From contig JBEHWI010000011.1 of NCBI GenBank assembly GCA_040217815.1, positions 19,618 to 83,617 of the forward strand: a DNA stretch of 64,000 nucleotides, read 5' to 3'. Shown in pieces: positions 34,682 to 46,900 of the stretch. The notes under the pieces were generated by a model, which saw only the letters and a list, made by a program, of their open reading frames with translations, made no database searches and was not told the DNA's origin. Made by a program: the position numbers and the translations under genes. This DNA is from Syntrophomonadaceae bacterium (GTDB lineage: Bacteria > Bacillota > Syntrophomonadia > Syntrophomonadales > Syntrophomonadaceae). Numbering within the stretch: the stretch's first letter is position 1; the number at the start of each line of letters is the position of its first letter.

Positions 34682-35902
34682 ATGAGTTTTAATGTTTTAG
34701 TAGTCAACTGCGGGAGTTCTTCTATCAAGTACCAGGTTTTCGATATGGATGAGGAGCGGGTACTGGCGCGCGGGTTGATGGATAGAGTAGGCATTCCCAA
34801 CACGGTGCTAACTCATGAACCTGAAGGTAGAGATGATAAGGTAGTTATCCGGAAAGATATAGCGGATCATACCGAAGGCATGAAACTGGTTATCGAAACG
34901 ATAACCAATGCGGAGTACGGGGTGATAAAAGACCTGGCGGAAATCAAAGCGGTTGGCCATCGGGTGGTGCACGGGGCTGATTACTTTGCGGAATCAGTGC
35001 TTATTAGCGATGAAGTCAAACGGGCCATCTCTGATTGCTACGATATAGCGCCTTTACATAACCCTCCCAACATGATGGGTATTGAGGCCTGCCAGGGCAT
35101 AATGCCCCGGGTGCCTCAGGTGGCAGTATTCGATACGGCTTTTCATCAGACTATGAAGCCCGATCACTACATGTACGCTCTGCCCTACGAATTGTTTGAG
35201 AAGTATAAAGTCCGCCGTTATGGCTTTCATGGCACCTCTCACTATTATGTAAGCCAGCGCGCCGCCGTTATGCTGGGTAAACCGGTTGAAGACACTAAAA
35301 TGATCACCCTTCACCTGGGCAATGGAGCAAGTGTTGCAGCCGTTAAAGGGGGAGAAGTTGTTGAAACGTCGATGGGCTATACCCCTTTGGAAGGCCTGGT
35401 TATGGGCACTCGTTGCGGCGATATCGATCCCTATATTGTTATTCTGATCATGGAAAAGTTAAACTTAACTTCTTCCCAGGCCAATGACTATTTAAACAAG
35501 AAAAGCGGGGCATTGGGGTTATCGGGGGTTAGCAATGACTTTCGCGATATAAGCGAAGCGGCCCGGGGCGGCAACCCGCGCGCCCAATTGACCCTGCAGG
35601 TCTATGTCAATAAAGTAAAGGCCTACATCGGAGCCTATATGGCGATGCTCAACGGGTGTGATGGCATCGTTTTTACAGCTGGGCTGGGAGAGAATGCGGT
35701 TAATATACGGGAGATGATCTGCCAGGACATGGATTACCTGGGGATCAAACTGAACAATGAAAAAAACCAGGTGCGGGGCAAAGAGATCAATATAGCTGCA
35801 GATGATTCCAAAGTCAACCTTTTTATAATTCCAACTAATGAAGAACTGGTTATTGCGCGCGATACCTACGACATCGTCAAGGGTGGGCAAAAACCAGCCT
35901 GA
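34682..35902 (+). CDS. ackA: acetate kinase
   Basis: 'VLVVNCGSSSIKYQVFD', 'GHRVVHGG'-like 'GHRVVHGAD', and 'RRYGFHGTSH' are present. The ATG at 34682 follows AGGGGGA. Confidence 0.95.
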   Translation: MSFNVLVVNCGSSSIKYQVFDMDEERVLARGLMDRVGIPNTVLTHEPEGRDDKVVIRKDIADHTEGMKLVIETITNAEYGVIKDLAEIKAVGHRVVHGADYFAESVLISDEVKRAISDCYDIAPLHNPPNMMGIEACQGIMPRVPQVAVFDTAFHQTMKPDHYMYALPYELFEKYKVRRYGFHGTSHYYVSQRAAVMLGKPVEDTKMITLHLGNGASVAAVKGGEVVETSMGYTPLEGLVMGTRCGDIDPYIVILIMEKLNLTSSQANDYLNKKSGALGLSGVSNDFRDISEAARGGNPRAQLTLQVYVNKVKAYIGAYMAMLNGCDGIVFTAGLGENAVNIREMICQDMDYLGIKLNNEKNQVRGKEINIAADDSKVNLFIIPTNEELVIARDTYDIVKGGQKPA

Positions 35903-35936
35903 AGCAGAATAACAGGCTTTTAGGGAGGTGTTCTAA

Positions 35937-36842
35937 TTGCAAAACCGTGGCAAAACCGCTTTTATGACTGCATATCTGCGCGGCTTTCACTCCCTGCACG
36001 ATGACCCCAAAATATTGGACGACGCTCTGGCCTTCAAGCTGCTCCCCGATGAGGTGCGGCAGGGAATTGAAAGGCACCTGGCCGGAACATCGTCCCAAAT
36101 GGCATCGGGAGATGTTGAAAAAACCAGCGATTTTGATGCTGCTTTAGGCTTGGGAGTGCGCGTGATGGCCGGGCCTATTCTGGCCCGGGCACGATATGTG
36201 GAAGACCGGTTGGAGGAAGCGGTAGGCAAAGGAGTAAGCCAGTACGTTATATTGGGCGCCGGGCTCGACACTTTTGCCTTTCGCCGCCGCGATTTGGCGG
36301 ACCGGGTGCGGGTATTCGAGCTGGATCTTCCCGTTATGCAGGATACGAAAATAATGCTGCTGGCCCGGGCAGGCCTTTTTCAACCGGATTACTTGACCTT
36401 TGTGCCGGTGGATCTTGGCGAGGTAAGTCTTGTACAGGCCCTGGCCGGCTCAGATTATGATCCCGGGCGCAAGACGTTTTTCAGTTGGACCGGAGTCACC
36501 CATTACCTGCCAGTGGAAGCCATACATAACACTTTAAGAAGTATTGCCGGCATGTCAGTCAGCGGCAGCGAAGTCGTGTTTGATTACTGGGATAAATCGG
36601 CTTTCGACCCAGAAAAAGCTTCGAACCGGGTTAAATCCTTAATAGCCAGTACGCGAAGCATAGGCGAACCGATCATCACGGGTTTAGATTCCGGGGCACT
36701 GGAAGCCGAACTGTCCGATCTGGGGCTGTGGCTTATTGAAAACCTGGGGCCGGATGAGATAAAGCAGAAATATTTGAGCTCATGCGGCGGGGGGTACTCG
36801 GCCAGTGAACACGTCCATTTGGCTCGTGCTGTAGTCAAATAG
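35937..36842 (+). CDS. class I SAM-dependent methyltransferase (TIGR00027-like), paralog of 115..1110
   Basis: 'YVILGAGLDTFAFRR', 'FELDLPVMQ' and the C-terminal 'HLARAVVK' parallel the first gene's 'HFACAVVK'. TTG start after GGGAGG. Confidence 0.8.
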   Translation: MQNRGKTAFMTAYLRGFHSLHDDPKILDDALAFKLLPDEVRQGIERHLAGTSSQMASGDVEKTSDFDAALGLGVRVMAGPILARARYVEDRLEEAVGKGVSQYVILGAGLDTFAFRRRDLADRVRVFELDLPVMQDTKIMLLARAGLFQPDYLTFVPVDLGEVSLVQALAGSDYDPGRKTFFSWTGVTHYLPVEAIHNTLRSIAGMSVSGSEVVFDYWDKSAFDPEKASNRVKSLIASTRSIGEPIITGLDSGALEAELSDLGLWLIENLGPDEIKQKYLSSCGGGYSASEHVHLARAVVK

Positions 36843-38742
36843 CAGGGAATCTGACGCTAAAGGTGGTCCCCGCCGGTCCGGTCAAACAGTCGATGCTCGC
36901 TCCATGCCGGGCGGCTATGCTGTAGCAAACCGCCAATCCCAGCCCGGTGCCTCGGTCCTTGGTGGTCAGGAAAGGGGTGCCGAGCTTCTCCTGGATGTAG
37001 TCAGGCAGGCCGTGTCCATCGTCTTTCACAAACAGAACAACTTGTTCGCCATCTATTTTGGTGCCTATGGTCAGGGTCCCTCCGCTGGACATGGCTTCAA
37101 TACTATTCCTGGTCATGTTGAGGATTAGCTGTCTGATCTCGTTTTCATCCATGGAAACCGAAAAGGGTGCGTTCAGATCCAGCTCTACATTGATTTCATT
37201 GCGGTTGGCATCCGATTGAACAATAGGATAGATGGAACGGACCAGGGAATCCAGGTCGCCGGGCTTAAGGTCGACCTTTTTATCTTTGGCCATGCGCAGG
37301 TATTCGGTGATGATGTCGTTGGCCCGATCCAGTTCTTCGATCATGAGGTTAAAATAATCAGCGTCAGCCTCATATTCTTTGTTTTCCTGAAGGAGCTGCA
37401 GGAACCCCCTCACCGAGGTCATAGGATTCCTGATCTCGTGGCCGAGGCTGGCCGCCATTTCTCCCACCAGGTTCAAGCGGTCCAGGCGGGCTAATTCCTT
37501 CTCCAGTATCTTTTCTTTAGTAATGTCGATCATGGTATGTAAAAAGCAATTCTGGCCGTTAACCTGGATAGTTTCTGAGGAGGCCAAACCGGTTAATGTC
37601 TCTCCATTCACGCCGCGGAATGATATCTCATAATTTCTGAGGTTACCGTTTTTATCCATTAAGGCCCGTTTTTCAATAATGTCGGCCAGGTCCAGCCAGA
37701 GGTTAAGCTCTACAGCGGTACGTCCCAGAACTTCATCCCGGGTTCGTCCAAAAGTGGACAACCATGAATCGTTTACGTCGATATAACGGTTTTCTTCGCG
37801 GCTCGCTATAGCCATCATTATCGGGCTTGATCGAAAAGCCTTGTTAAACCTCTCTTCCGACTGGCTTAAGGCTTCTTCCACCCGCTTGCGTTCGGTAATA
37901 TCAACCGCTGCACCCAGAATGCAGGGTTCGCCGTCTATTTGGATTTGCTGCCAGTTGCTGAAACAGGTTTTGATCTGATTTTCCCTGGTGCGAACCTTGA
38001 TTTCAAACCCGGTTTGCAGGCCCAGCCTGGATACCGCCTCCAGCACCTCGGCGGCGTCTTCCGGATTCACCAGGTAATCGCCTTCATATACTTTGTGTCC
38101 CAGTATGTCTTCCTTTTCATAGCCCAGAGTTGTCAGCCAGGCGTCGTTTACAGCGATATGCACCAGATCACGGAGCCTGGTAACGGTCATCATGGCCGGG
38201 CTGGCATAAAATACGGTGGCGAATCTGTCTTCCGACTGGCGCAGTTCTTCCTCGGCCTTTTTGCGCTCGGTGATATCGTTGGCTATGCAGGTAATGCTGA
38301 CTACATTTCGGTGGGAATCCAAATCGGGGTTGATAAAAAGATCATAATAGAAGACCTTATCGCCATACCCTACTTCCATCACTTCCCGGGCGCTGGTTCC
38401 GGTGGTCAGGACCTGGTTTTTTATTTTAATCAAGGGGCTGCTGTATTCAGGGGGTAGGATTTCTTGATCAGTTTTACCCAAAACGTGGCTTTCCCAACAC
38501 CCGCTACCCCGGTTGAGAATCCAGGTGTAGCGGAGATCTGTGTCCTGAGTAAAGACCAGGGTAGGGGAATTGCTTATGGCCAGCCGGAATCGCTCTTCGT
38601 TCAAATGAAGCTGGGATTTCATTTCTTGAATCTGCCGGTGGGCTTTATTAAGTTCAGCGATCAGCTCTTCGCGGCCCAGGTCCTCGTACATCAAGGTAGT
38701 CTCCTCATTCGGCTTGTTAAAGTAATTGTAACTTATATCCAA
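36835..38742 (-). CDS. orphan multi-PAS sensor histidine kinase (KinA-like)
   Basis: Three or four PAS modules are present. The HisKA H-box is 'HEIRNPMTSVRGFLQLL' and the HATPase_c G-boxes are 'DDGHGLP' and 'GTGLGL'. There is no adjacent response regulator. Its 3' end overlaps the convergent methyltransferase gene by 8 nt. Confidence 0.85.
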   Translation of the reverse strand: MDISYNYFNKPNEETTLMYEDLGREELIAELNKAHRQIQEMKSQLHLNEERFRLAISNSPTLVFTQDTDLRYTWILNRGSGCWESHVLGKTDQEILPPEYSSPLIKIKNQVLTTGTSAREVMEVGYGDKVFYYDLFINPDLDSHRNVVSITCIANDITERKKAEEELRQSEDRFATVFYASPAMMTVTRLRDLVHIAVNDAWLTTLGYEKEDILGHKVYEGDYLVNPEDAAEVLEAVSRLGLQTGFEIKVRTRENQIKTCFSNWQQIQIDGEPCILGAAVDITERKRVEEALSQSEERFNKAFRSSPIMMAIASREENRYIDVNDSWLSTFGRTRDEVLGRTAVELNLWLDLADIIEKRALMDKNGNLRNYEISFRGVNGETLTGLASSETIQVNGQNCFLHTMIDITKEKILEKELARLDRLNLVGEMAASLGHEIRNPMTSVRGFLQLLQENKEYEADADYFNLMIEELDRANDIITEYLRMAKDKKVDLKPGDLDSLVRSIYPIVQSDANRNEINVELDLNAPFSVSMDENEIRQLILNMTRNSIEAMSSGGTLTIGTKIDGEQVVLFVKDDGHGLPDYIQEKLGTPFLTTKDRGTGLGLAVCYSIAARHGASIDCLTGPAGTTFSVRFPAI

Positions 38743-39011
38743 TTTAACGTAACTACATTGTCGACAAAAGATATAAATATTTTGCCGAAATCGATTTATT
38801 TACCCACTACATTGTAGCAGATGAGCTTGTAATATAGGGAAAATGCAGAATTTGAATCGTTTAAGGATATCGATTAATAATTGTCAGCAGGTGCTTGAAA
38901 ATCCAGGTGAGGCGTAAAAGGGAGTGGGGCGAAAGAATAAGGAACAGGCTGGGGAAAATTAAATTATTTGGAATAAGAGCGTATCGCGTAGTCGGCCGTC
39001 CCCCTGACACG

Positions 39012-40568
39012 TTACAGGTTGGCACTTTGCTCTTTAATCAACATGGATAACAACTCTCGGCGGTTTTTGGTTTCGGTTTTTCTTAGCATCTGGCGAATAT
39101 ATTGCTTTACTGTGGATTCTGCAATCATGAGCGACTGGGCCATGTCGGCGATGGAAAGGCCGTGCAGGGTTAATTCCAGCACCTGGGTTTCCCTGGGATT
39201 AAAATGATATTTCTCGGCGAAGGTTTGGGCCGTATCAGCCCAGCTAACCTGGTCGGAAACTGCTTCGGGCTGAATTTCAACCAGGACTGCTTCCGTTTTG
39301 GTTGGCTCCGGGCAGTCAGCTGGAATGGAGTGTTCATCAGGGGAATAATCCGAGCTCGAACTCAGCTCAAGTGCTGGTGTATGCATCCGAAGGCTGACAA
39401 AAATGGTATCTCTGAATTTTTCAAATAGTATGGACACCAGGGGCAGGGCTGCTAAAATGGCCAGCAACGAGACAATGAAAATGGACACATTGCCGAAGGT
39501 CTTATATAGTATTTCGGCTGAAATAATGCCGACTTGTTTCAATACTAGAGGAAACACCAGCCCCAGCGAGCAGATCAGGGCTGGTCTTTTGTAAAATTGT
39601 GCTGCATCCATAAACAAGAGCCTGCTTCCCACCGAAAAAACTGCACCGGCCGTTTGCACACACGAGTATCCGATAAATGAATAGGCTCCTTTATACTGGA
39701 AAGCCATGGATATAAAACCCATGGCCAGAAGGCTGAAGGATGCGTTTAGCACCATGTGCTTTCCGCTTTGATCGCATAGTATTCCCCCCCCAATCAGACC
39801 GGCTATTAAAAATAACCTGGTGTATACCAGGTAGTCCTCTCCCCCCAGCCAAAAGGCGGAGGCGGCATAATCCTGCATTCCGAAAGACAGGAAGAAGCCG
39901 GTAAGGATAAGCAGCAAAAGGATGACCAGTCCCGGCCTTAATACTTCCGGTTTGATGGTGGGGTTACCATTTCTCTCATAATCCGGCCACAAATAATCAC
40001 GACAGACAGGTAGATAAAGCGCACTGACCCCCAACAGCAGCACTACCAGGGCAGTAAAGTAAGTCTTTCCATATAAAATACTTCCATCCTGTTGAGGAGC
40101 CAGCAGGACAAAAACGACGAAGTGCAGAGCAACTCCCAGGGCGGCACTCAAACCGATGGTTATACCGCGCTGGTTGGCTGGTATTTTATTGAATACAAAA
40201 TAAGACAGATAAGCCATGAACACACCGGAGATCAGACCTGACAGCAGGCAGATGAGGGGCAGCATTTCTCTTGCGCCGTAGGCCATAGCCGCAGTGAGAA
40301 AAGCGGTAAATAAAGATGATATGAGGACGGCTTTTTTTACCTGTTTGATATCTGGTGAATGATCCAGCCACCAGGCAAACGCGGCAATTCCAATCGCATG
40401 GGCCAGGAAAAAGGAAATATAAAGCAGAGCAGCAGGTTCGCGTCCCAGGGTGATGAAGGTCCAGTAATGATTTAGCCAGCCTATACTGGCCTGCCAGAGA
40501 GTGTACAGGCAGGCTGGAACAATGTAGGCCAGTTGAACGCGATTTATACTCAGGTAGTCTCTCATCAA
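39012..40568 (-). CDS. polytopic membrane protein with a C-terminal LuxR/GerE-type HTH (membrane-embedded LuxR-family regulator)
   Basis: The first ~390 aa contain about 10-12 predicted TM helices. The C-terminus 'RETQVLELTLHGLSIADMAQSLMIAESTVKQYIRQMLRKTETKNRRELL' is a GerE HTH. Confidence 0.75.
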   Translation of the reverse strand: MMRDYLSINRVQLAYIVPACLYTLWQASIGWLNHYWTFITLGREPAALLYISFFLAHAIGIAAFAWWLDHSPDIKQVKKAVLISSLFTAFLTAAMAYGAREMLPLICLLSGLISGVFMAYLSYFVFNKIPANQRGITIGLSAALGVALHFVVFVLLAPQQDGSILYGKTYFTALVVLLLGVSALYLPVCRDYLWPDYERNGNPTIKPEVLRPGLVILLLLILTGFFLSFGMQDYAASAFWLGGEDYLVYTRLFLIAGLIGGGILCDQSGKHMVLNASFSLLAMGFISMAFQYKGAYSFIGYSCVQTAGAVFSVGSRLLFMDAAQFYKRPALICSLGLVFPLVLKQVGIISAEILYKTFGNVSIFIVSLLAILAALPLVSILFEKFRDTIFVSLRMHTPALELSSSSDYSPDEHSIPADCPEPTKTEAVLVEIQPEAVSDQVSWADTAQTFAEKYHFNPRETQVLELTLHGLSIADMAQSLMIAESTVKQYIRQMLRKTETKNRRELLSMLIKEQSANL

Positions 40569-40974
40569 TCAACCCTGCTTACTTTATTTACTGATCACAA
40601 TGCTCGCGAGGAGACACTGGTATTATATCAGACTGAACTAAAGCTGGTAAATATAACCGTTTTTGACTTTAAAAGAATCCCGATATTACGGGACTGATAT
40701 AAAAATATACTTTGGGTGGATTGGGAAAAGGCAGGCATTATGTTAATAATATACTGCTTATTCAGCTAAACGGCCTGATAGGACAGGGTGCCAAAGTCCT
40801 GCCCCGTACGAAAAAACAGGAGGTTATTTCTAGAGGAGAACTGGTATGGTTGGTCTCTGTCAGCAGGTGATGATGAATGGTTTTTCACGGGGCAAAAAAC
40901 AGGATAAATATTTGGGTTAATAAGTAAAGAAACCCTGGCCTGGGTTGCCGATAATTTTCCGGGGAGGTTTTTTG

Positions 40975-43900
40975 ATGCGTAAAAGGTGTCTGATTGTTTT
41001 TATGTGCCTGGCTTTGTTGTTTTCGTCAAGCGGGTTTTTTATCATGCCCAAAGTAAAGGCGGATATAGAAAATATTGCTGAAGCCGGTGCCAGAACTCCA
41101 CCGGCCGGCTCAGAAAATCCCCAACCAGAAGAACCGGCTGCTAATTTGACAAACACGGATAAACCTCTTGAACAGCCCACAGCAGCACCGTTGGTTGTAG
41201 CGGCTGAAGCCAGCGGAGACGGTGCTGTAATTACCTTGAGTTTTGACCGGGTAATGAAAGAACCGGGCGGAAATGAGTCCAACTTCTGCGTTATGGCTGA
41301 CGGCATCAGAGATCAGGTCGCTATGGCAAGCTTGAACATGGATAATAGCAAAATTGATCTGAACCTGCAGGTTCCCCTAACCGGGGGACAGACAGTTGTA
41401 GTTTCGTACACGGCGGGCAGCCTGGCATCGGTCGAAGGGGGCCTGCTTGATTCATTCTCCGATATGAAGGTGGAGGTTTCTGGAGAGGCCAAAGAACCAG
41501 CTGGTAAAGAGTCTGACAGCTTGAATAATAGTATTCTTCCAGTTGAACCGCAAACGGTTGCTGAAAACAGAGCGCTTCTAGCTCCGGTTTTATTAAGATC
41601 TCCGAGCAATATTCATTCTCTTGGAACCTGGGGCGACCCGATGCTGGGGAGCGGCATGCCGGGAGTAAACAGCGGGGATACCATAGTGCTGCCGGGCGAC
41701 GGGGCGGCAAATACCAGCCTGGTCATTCCAGCCGGAATAACTGCCCTGATTATTCAGGGGAGCAATACGTATTACGGGTTAAATATAGAACTGGCAGCGG
41801 GGCATCCCGGGCTTACTTTAACCATACAGAATCTTAACCTTGCCGCGCACGATAACAAAGCCGGCATTGATTTCGGCAATGCTGCCGGAGCTTGCACCTT
41901 AATCATAGTAGAAAGCAATGTTATTCAAGCCGGATCTTCCTGTGCCGGGGTACAGGTGCCGGCAGGATGTTCGCTCACTATCGACGGTGGCGGTTCGTTG
42001 ACTGCCAGTGGCGGCAGCGGTTTGGGAGGCGCGGGTATCGGCGGTGCCGGCGGCTATAACGGCGGATCCATCACTATTCTTGGGGGGACTATTGAAGCCC
42101 GGGGAGGTCAGGGCGGTGCTGGAATTGGCGGTGGCAGCGGGCCGGCCCGGGGTGCAGATGTAATTATATCAGGTGGAAATATAACCGCCACCGGCGGTGA
42201 TGACGGAAGCGGCGACGATGGTGGAGCCGGTATCGGCGGAGGAAAGGGCACTGGGGATTATGGCACTATCACTATTAACGGGAGTACGATAATTGCCACC
42301 GGCGGGTCGAGGGCAGCCGGGATAGGAGCCGGCGATGGAAATGGCTCCGGAGGCAGTATTGTTATAAACGCCGGTAATGTTACCACCACGGGCAAGGACG
42401 GAGGCGCCGGGATAGGTGACGGCTATGGTTGCGGAAATACTACAATAACGATTAACGGCGGTAACATTCAGGCCACCGGTTCAGCCAACGCGGCAGGAAT
42501 TGGCGGTGGTGATAAAAGTGGTGCCGTCCAGATCACCATTTATGACGGAACGATTAACGCCGTAGGCGGTAGTGGTACGACTATTGATGGAGATGACAAC
42601 GGAAATGACATAACGGTTCAAAGCGGCGGCGCAGGAATTGGCGGTGCTTGCAAGGGAGGAACCGGGGGGTTAACCATTTACGGTGGTACTATCCAGGCTC
42701 AAGGGGGTTATAATAGTGCCGGTATTGGCAGTGGGTATAAGGCGGGATCAATGGCTCTGATTATTAGCGGTGGCAGCATCAAAGCCAGCGGAGGGGAAAA
42801 CGGTGCTGGTATCGGCAGCGGTAAAAAAGGCGGTGGAGCTGACACGGTAGTCAGTGGGGGCAGGATTGAAGCTATAGGCGGCCCCAACGCTCAGGACATA
42901 GGCGGTGGTGTAGACGGTTCGGCCGGATCGCTGACGGTGAACGGCTGGGCGGTAATAATCGCTGATGACGTGATTGCCGCCACCGGCTCCAGCGGACCCT
43001 ATACCATAAGAATCCTGAACACCACCGGAACCAGTGCCGGGGTGCAGACCGTGACCTTGAAGACCGGCGCGGGGGGAGATTGCATAAGCGGAGCAACCGG
43101 CAGTGATGGGCTCTTTGGTTCTTTTTATCTAAAAAACAATACCGACTACCAGGTAGCGGTGGCCGGTTATAAAATTCACAAATCGGGTGAAACAGATTTT
43201 CAAGATGCAACGACCTTTAACAGCGGTACTAGCGCAGGTACTTTAGACTTTGTGATAAACAACGCCCCGACGGTCAACGGCTGGAGCATTATGACAGCAC
43301 CCGAGTCCGGCACTTATCGGCGTATCTATGGCGAAGGTAACCGGGTATGGACGATAGGGGGTAATAAGGTGTTTTATAGTGAGAACTACCCGCTAGTTCC
43401 ACTTTCAGAACAGTATAGCAGGGACGGCCTTCCGCCCTATGACATGAGCTTTTTCCAGAGCGGCAATGTCACCAGGGGTTGGGTGGTAGGATACGGCACC
43501 ACCGGTGCCCACACCACCGATTTGTCCGGTACGGCCTGGGAAAACATGCAGATGCTGGGCGGAGGAACCCTCTGTGCCGTCGATTTCCCCAGCGCAAATG
43601 TGGGATACGCCAGTGGTACCGCTAAAGTACTTATTAAGACAACCGACGGCGGGCAGAACTGGAGTGTGGTGCAGGTAGACCCGCAGCACCCGCTGTCTTA
43701 CAGTACGGTAAGTGCACTTTGCTTCGTGGACGAAAATACCGGCTATGCATGCATCTCGGATTCTGAACTGAGAAAGACCACCGATGGCGGTAAAACCTGG
43801 TACAGCACTGACGTAACAGACCCTTATTGCACAACAGACGTGTTCTTTTTAGATGCCAACCATGGCTGGGCAGTAGGTATAAATAAAATCTTCCGCTATG

Positions 43901-46900
43901 AAAACGGAGCGTGGTATGAAAAGGACAGCCCCTATGCAGATCAACACGGTCTGGAAAGCGTCTTTTTCCTGAACCAGAACGAAGGCTGGATCAGCGGCCA
44001 GGGTGGGGTCATTCTTCACAGCACCGATGGTGGTGCCAGTTGGACTCCGCAGGAATCAGGAACCGATAAATCGCTTTTGGACATATATTTTGTAGCTTCC
44101 AACCTGGGCTATGCGGTGGGCAGCGATGGCACCATCCTACGTTTTACCGGCGCAGCCGCTCCGACCATATCCGCACCGACCGTTGCTACCGGAGCAGTCA
44201 GCAATATTATTACCAGGGGAGCCACCGTGGCCGGCAACGTGACCTCCGACGGCGGCAGCGCGGTGACCGAAAGAGGTATAGTATACTCCGGGCTGGCCAA
44301 CCCTACTCTGGATAGTGGGAGGAAAGCCGTGGTTGCCACGGCCGGGACCGGCCAGTTCAGCGTGAACATCACCAACTTGATGAGTGGGACTATTGCGCAT
44401 GCCAGGGCCTATGCCACAAATAGTAAGGGGACCAGCTACGGTGAAGATGTGTCATTTACTACCGCGACGGCTAACGGACTTACTGTCACTACGGGTGACA
44501 TCACCGATATAAGCAGCAAGGGAGCCAGGGTGACCGGATACGCTATTCCTGGTAATTTAGCCGGGATCATAGAGCGGGGCGTGGTTTATTCCACGAATGC
44601 CAACCCCACTTTCAACGATTTCAAGGTGCCCTACACGGCTGACGCCCTGGAGGGGCCGATCCTGGTCAACCTGACCTATCTGAATCCCAATACTACTTAC
44701 CATGTTCGGGCATATGCTATTGACTCCCAAAACATAGCCGTTTATGGAGAGGATAAAGTATTTACCAGCGCAGCAGGCACCTATGGCTGGACGGATCTGT
44801 CCGTTAACCTCCCGGCTAATGCCCGGCTGGATCCAGACCTGCCTGATAATGCCCAGGGAGCCACAACCATGATGGCTATGGATTTCGTCGATGCAAACAA
44901 CGGTTGGCTGGCCCTGACCAGGTATGCCAACAACCAGCCGGTCAATGAACTTCTTATCACTCACGACGGCGGCGCGACCTTCCAGGTGGTGCCCGCTCCG
45001 GCAGAATTCTATTCGATCAGCTTCAAGAGTGCTTCCGAGGGATTGGCCGCGGGAAATGACGGCCGGATCTACCGGACCCTGGACGGAGGCCTGACCTGGA
45101 GAAACGCTGGTTCAGGCGTTAGACCCTACTATGCGGTTACGTATCCCAAAGAATCGGACAGTGGCTATGCCTGCGGGTACTGGATGCGCTTGAGCCGGGT
45201 CAGACCAGTTGATCCGGTCACCGGCAATGAGACCGGCCTGGAATCTATGCCCAGAGAAACAGGGATTGAGGGTTGGTCCGAAAACCTGAACTGCATCTCC
45301 TTTGTCCCTTCCGGTAATAGCTGGGAGGGTTGGGCCGGAGGGGTTGAGGCCATCATTCACTGGACCGGTACTGAGTGGAGGGCAGACGGCACTTATCCCA
45401 GTTCGGATGTTCTTGTGAATGGAAGCGGTGGTTCGCACAACGGCATATGTATGGTTGACAATAAGGAAGGCTGGTGTGTAATGGACGGTGGTTTCATTCT
45501 GCATACAGCCAATGGACTGGAGTGGACCATCCAGGCCAGCCCCGATGTATACAAAATAGGTATCAACGACTACGGGCTCCACCGTACCCTGATGGATGTT
45601 GACTTTCTTAACAACCAGGAGGGATGGGCAGTAGGATCAAAAGGTGTAGTACTGCATACAGTTGACGGCGGTATGTCCTGGAATATGGAAGCCCCAGGCA
45701 TGACCAACCGTATGATGACATCGGTAAAAGCAATCAGCCCCACTTGTGGCTATGCCCTGGGCAACGATGGCACGTTTTTGAAATACGGTACATCTGGGGA
45801 AGCGGTTATAAATGCTCCCACTGTAACTACCGGCACCGTATCAGGTGTTTCGGACACTTCAGCATCGGTGGCGGGGAATGTAGCATATGACGGGGGCAGC
45901 ACAGTAACCGAGCGGGGAGTGGTCTATTCCACCAGCGCTGACCCGACTATAGAAAACGGAACCAAAGTGACGGCGGCCGCAGCTGGGATTGGGGAGTTCT
46001 CCGTGAACCTTACCGGACTGACGCCCGGAAGCACCTATCACGTGCGCGCTTTTGCCACCAACAACGTGGGAACCAGATATGGGGAAGACAAGACATTCAC
46101 GAGCGAGACTTCCACGGTAGGAGTAAGTCGGATTACTCTAAACAAAAATGAGACTGCTCTTAGCGCCGGCCTGCAGGAACTGCTAATCGCCACAGTATTG
46201 CCCGAAAATGCCGGTGATAAGCGCGTTCTTTGGACAATTGCCAGCGAATCCGAAGCGGGTGTTTTGACCGTGGTGGATGGACTGATAAGCGCCCAGAAAC
46301 AGGGGACAGCCAGGGTACGAGCCACCAGCGCCGTCAACCCGGAGGCCTATGCCGAATGTATCGTAACCGTAAACCCGCCGACATTGCTTAGAATCAGCCT
46401 CACACCGGAAACCGTCAGCCTGACCACCGGTCAATCTAAGGAAATGAAGGTTACTGCTTTTTATTCCGATCAGTCCAGTGTGGATGTGACCAGTGGCTCA
46501 AACTACTCATTCTCCGGCAGTAGTATAGCTTCCATATCATCCGCCGGTCTGCTCACTGCCAACAGCCCTGGCATGGTTGTGCTTACCGCCACCTATCAAG
46601 AAAAACAGGATACTGTTAATATTACCGTTGCTTCATCCGGCGGCGGCGGCGGCTCCGCTTCCAATAGTACGGAGCCCATAAATACACCGAAGGCTGAACA
46701 AGTGCAGACCCCACTTGAATCCGAGGTGAAAAGGCCTGCGGACGAACCGTCTGACCTTACCGGTCACTGGGCGCATGACTGTATTATGGCCTTGATTGCC
46801 AACGGCATCATAAAGGGCTATCTGGATTTAACCATTCGACCTGAGCAGGAGATAACCCGGGCGGAAGCGGCCAGCCTGCTGGTGCAATCACTGGGCCTGC

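Noticed and set aside
40186-41306. ORFs 40186..40572 (-) and 40917..41306 (-).
   Set aside because: The first is an alternative frame within the LuxR-membrane gene. The second is antisense to the 5' end of the giant gene. Neither has independent support.
41985-42930. Periodic GGCGGTG/GGAATTGGCGG DNA repeats that could be mistaken for a tandem-repeat locus or a CRISPR-like array.
   Set aside because: The repeats are degenerate, in frame, and encode Gly-rich protein repeats inside a continuous 6.3-kb ORF. There is no repeat-spacer regularity.
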